Origin: the human T2T-CHM13v2.0 reference genome, Homo sapiens
Assembly (NCBI RefSeq): GCF_009914755.1
Contig: NC_060927.1
Reading direction: 5' to 3' (one strand)
Length of the DNA: 64,000 bases
Made by a program: the position numbers and the translations under genes. Shown here piece by piece: positions 1 through 64,000 of this stretch. How positions within the stretch are numbered: position 1 is the stretch's first letter; every line of letters begins with the position of its first letter. The notes under the pieces were generated by a model that did no database searches, had not been told where the DNA came from, and was given only the letters and a program-made list of their open reading frames with translations.

Positions 1-1240
1 CAGATCTGTTTCCATCTTTAAACCTCTGGCACTACCTGCCCTGCCCTGCCTTTACTCTCAGCTGTCAGCTTTGCTTCCCATTCCACTGGGAAAATCCATG
101 CAGTCGGATGAGAAGTTCACAGGCACAGTTACCCCCTCCCGCTGCATATGTGCCGGTATTATCTACATTCTGTTACTGTGAACTGTCTGCTCCTGGCAAA
201 ACCAACCTCTCATTAGACTCCAGGTCTTCTCACCTACTCAAGGGTAATTCTTTCCTTTCTCTGCATCATTAACTGTTCTCTCTACTGGATCTTGAGCCCT
301 TACCATTCAGGCATTTGTCCCTAATGGCCATAGAAGTCAGTAATGACCTCTCTGTTATCAAATTGTGTGATCTGTTCTCAGACCTCATCCTACTTGACCC
401 ATCATTGGCATCTGACACCGTTCATCCTTCCACCCTGTTGACGCACTTTCGTCTCTGGTTTCTGAATCACTGTTCTCGCCATTCTCTGAATGTTCTAAAT
501 ACTTCACTGGCTGATACTTCTCTGTGTCCATTGCTGGTTCTTATTCAGCTCCTTGACCGCTAAACAGTGACCAGTGTTTCCAACTAGCCAAGTTGGAATT
601 TACTAAGGCTGGGTCTCGTTTCATCTACAGCCATCTGCTGGGTGACCTTATTTAGTGTCCTGGCTTTAAATATCATCAATATCCTGATGCCTCAAGTTTC
701 TTTCTTCAGTTCAGATTTCTCCCTGAACTCCAGATTCCTTTTGCTTTTTCAGAGTTGGGGGCTTTCTCTGTCACCTGTGCTGGAGTGCAGTGGTGCCATC
801 ATAGCTCACTGCAACCTTGAACTCCTAAGGCTCAATAGATCCTCCCACTTCAGCATCCCCAGTAGCTGGGACTACAGGCACGCCCTGCCACACCCAGCCA
901 AGATTCTTTTTTTAATCTACCTTTGTACTCAAAAGCTGTACTAAGAGGTCTAACAGGCATTTGAGATTAATAGATCCCAAACTGAGTTCCTGGTTCCCAC
1001 CCAATCCTGCTCCTTCCACCAGCCTTCTTTATCATAGATAATGGTGGCTCTGTTGTTCCACCTGTTCAAACAGAACACCTGGAGTCACCTTGTACTCTTA
1101 TTCTCCTAGTCCACTTCTAATTCCACAGAAGATCTGGTTTTCTCTACTTTTAGGTTCTTAGAATCTGACCACTTTTAGGCCCTTCTGCTGCTACTTTGGA
1201 TCAGGCCAGTGTCATCTCTCACAGCCTTACTGGGATTAGA
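1..1240 (+). mobile_element. L2 fragment (interrupted by an Alu monomer at about 740-899)
   Basis: Typical L2 ORF2 3' sequence (gtcagtaatgacctc...ctcatcctacttgacc...tgacaccgttcatc). Confidence 0.6.
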
Positions 1241-1793
1241 GCAGAAACATGGGACATGATGCTTAGAATCTCAGATTGTGTAGGCCAGTGGTTGTCACCC
1301 TGCCCTAAGCTGGACCCAAGCTATTCATGGAGTGTCCTGGAACTGCTGCAGGGATGGGTGGGAAGTTGAGTGGGTGGGATTTGGGTGCCTGTTTTCCCTA
1401 TCAGCAGTCTCAGTCAGAGCCGCCTGCTTCTGTCTGTTTTACATATTTGGTTTCTGCACTAGATTTCTTTGAATAACAGGTTCCACTTTTTTAGATAATT
1501 TACAAACTGTTTATTGCAATTGAACTCTCCTCCCCTAAGGCATTGACCTGATTTGATAACATCAGGATCTTTCTCCCACGCCCCTGCAATCTCTCCTGTG
1601 TGGCAGGTTTTCTGTGGTTGTACCTGAAGGCCAATTAGTTGCCAGGCAGTCTTATCTGGCCTGCCCACTGGTACCAGAATGATCTCTAACACAGCCCATT
1701 GCACAAGACCCAAGTGTCAGTGAGCCTCTGTGTTCAGTGAAGGAGACTGAGCTTTGATATAAAAGGCTGCAGAGTGATGGAGCCATCAGCTTG

Positions 1794-2374
<581 letters not shown>

Positions 2375-3372
2375 CTCCAACCTTTTTTTTTTTCTATACC
2401 ACCTTCAGGGTGGTTTTGGAATGGATGGAGGCAGGGATTCCTTTAAGTTGGCTGTCACTTTTAGTTAGGGACTCACCTATAAGCCTGTGGTCCTGGGCCC
2501 AGAGAGGAGAAAGCAGTGCGAGCATATTGATAGAGTAGAGAAATCTGTTGGCTGATTAGCTGTACAAGGTCTGAGGAGAAGGTTGAGGTCTCCCCAAGAC
2601 TTCTCTAGAACACTTGGTGAGAGGCGCCATGAGGACAGGTGATGCTTGGGCTTATAGCTCTGACTCAGGACATCACTGCTCAACAGCCTGAAGCCCACAT
2701 CCAAAGCTCATGTCATGCTGGCAATTGAAGGGGTAGCAGAGCCCAAAAGTCCAGAGGGGCTCAGCACAGGGAGCAGATGTCTGTGAGCAGGAGAGACAGC
2801 GGCTGTAGGGATCGATGAGACTTGGTAAGCATGATGTGCTCTTGTCAGCATAGCATCTTTGAGCTCACACAATAATTGATGTAGAATTGTCCATTTCAGT
2901 AAGGAGTTTCCACATCCACTATCTTCCACGATTCTCACAAGGGCCTTGAGTAAATATTACCTGCATGTTATGGGTGAGAAAGGGGTAGTTTAGAGAGCTG
3001 AAGGGATTTGGTGAAGGCCACATAATGAGTAAGCCTGAAATCAAGGACCAGACCCCCAGGCTTCTAAATGTTAGTCTTGGGCTCCTTGTTTCATGGGACT
3101 ATTATCATCCCTTGTACTGAGAAGGAAAACTGATGAAAATCGGGAAGAACCTATTTGAACAGGGGAGGGAGATGGATGTGGGTGGTGGAGCCTGCACATA
3201 GTTTCTGTATCTCAGGAACCTTGTGAGGTTTGCTTTCCAGTTCCTTCAGTACGTCATGTCCCGCTGGCCAGGGTGGAGTGGAGCACATGTTTTTCCTTCC
3301 CTTTTAACTGATATTTCCGTGATGGGAGTGTGCTAAAAATTAAATTTTTTAGAAAATATTTACTATTTTTAG

Positions 3373-64000
<60,628 letters not shown>

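Overview
Human (or near-identical hominoid) genomic DNA from the ACAD9/CFAP92 locus. The + strand carries ACAD9 coding exons 2-18 (3373-31329), all with GT-AG junctions and compatible phases; codon 477 reads Gln rather than the Arg I recall as reference. The - strand carries the last seven coding exons of CFAP92 (KIAA1257). Its 35-nt terminal coding segment lies inside ACAD9 intron 16, so the two genes are interleaved. The rest is dense in Alu, L1, L2 and DNA transposons. There are two non-obvious elements. The first is a ~4.5-kb HERV-K (HML-1/LTR14B-like) provirus (39292-43802) whose shrunken interior appears to be a mosaic of three retroviral lineages, with two different integrase tails, out-of-order RT pieces and an internal PPT followed by a MER41-like LTR start. 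The second is an ORF-less, poly(A)-tailed, TSD-flanked retro-insertion hidden in ACAD9 intron 2 (5590-6971). Exon coordinates were read by hand. Repeat family names come from recalled consensus sequences, and repeat boundaries are approximate unless a TSD is given.
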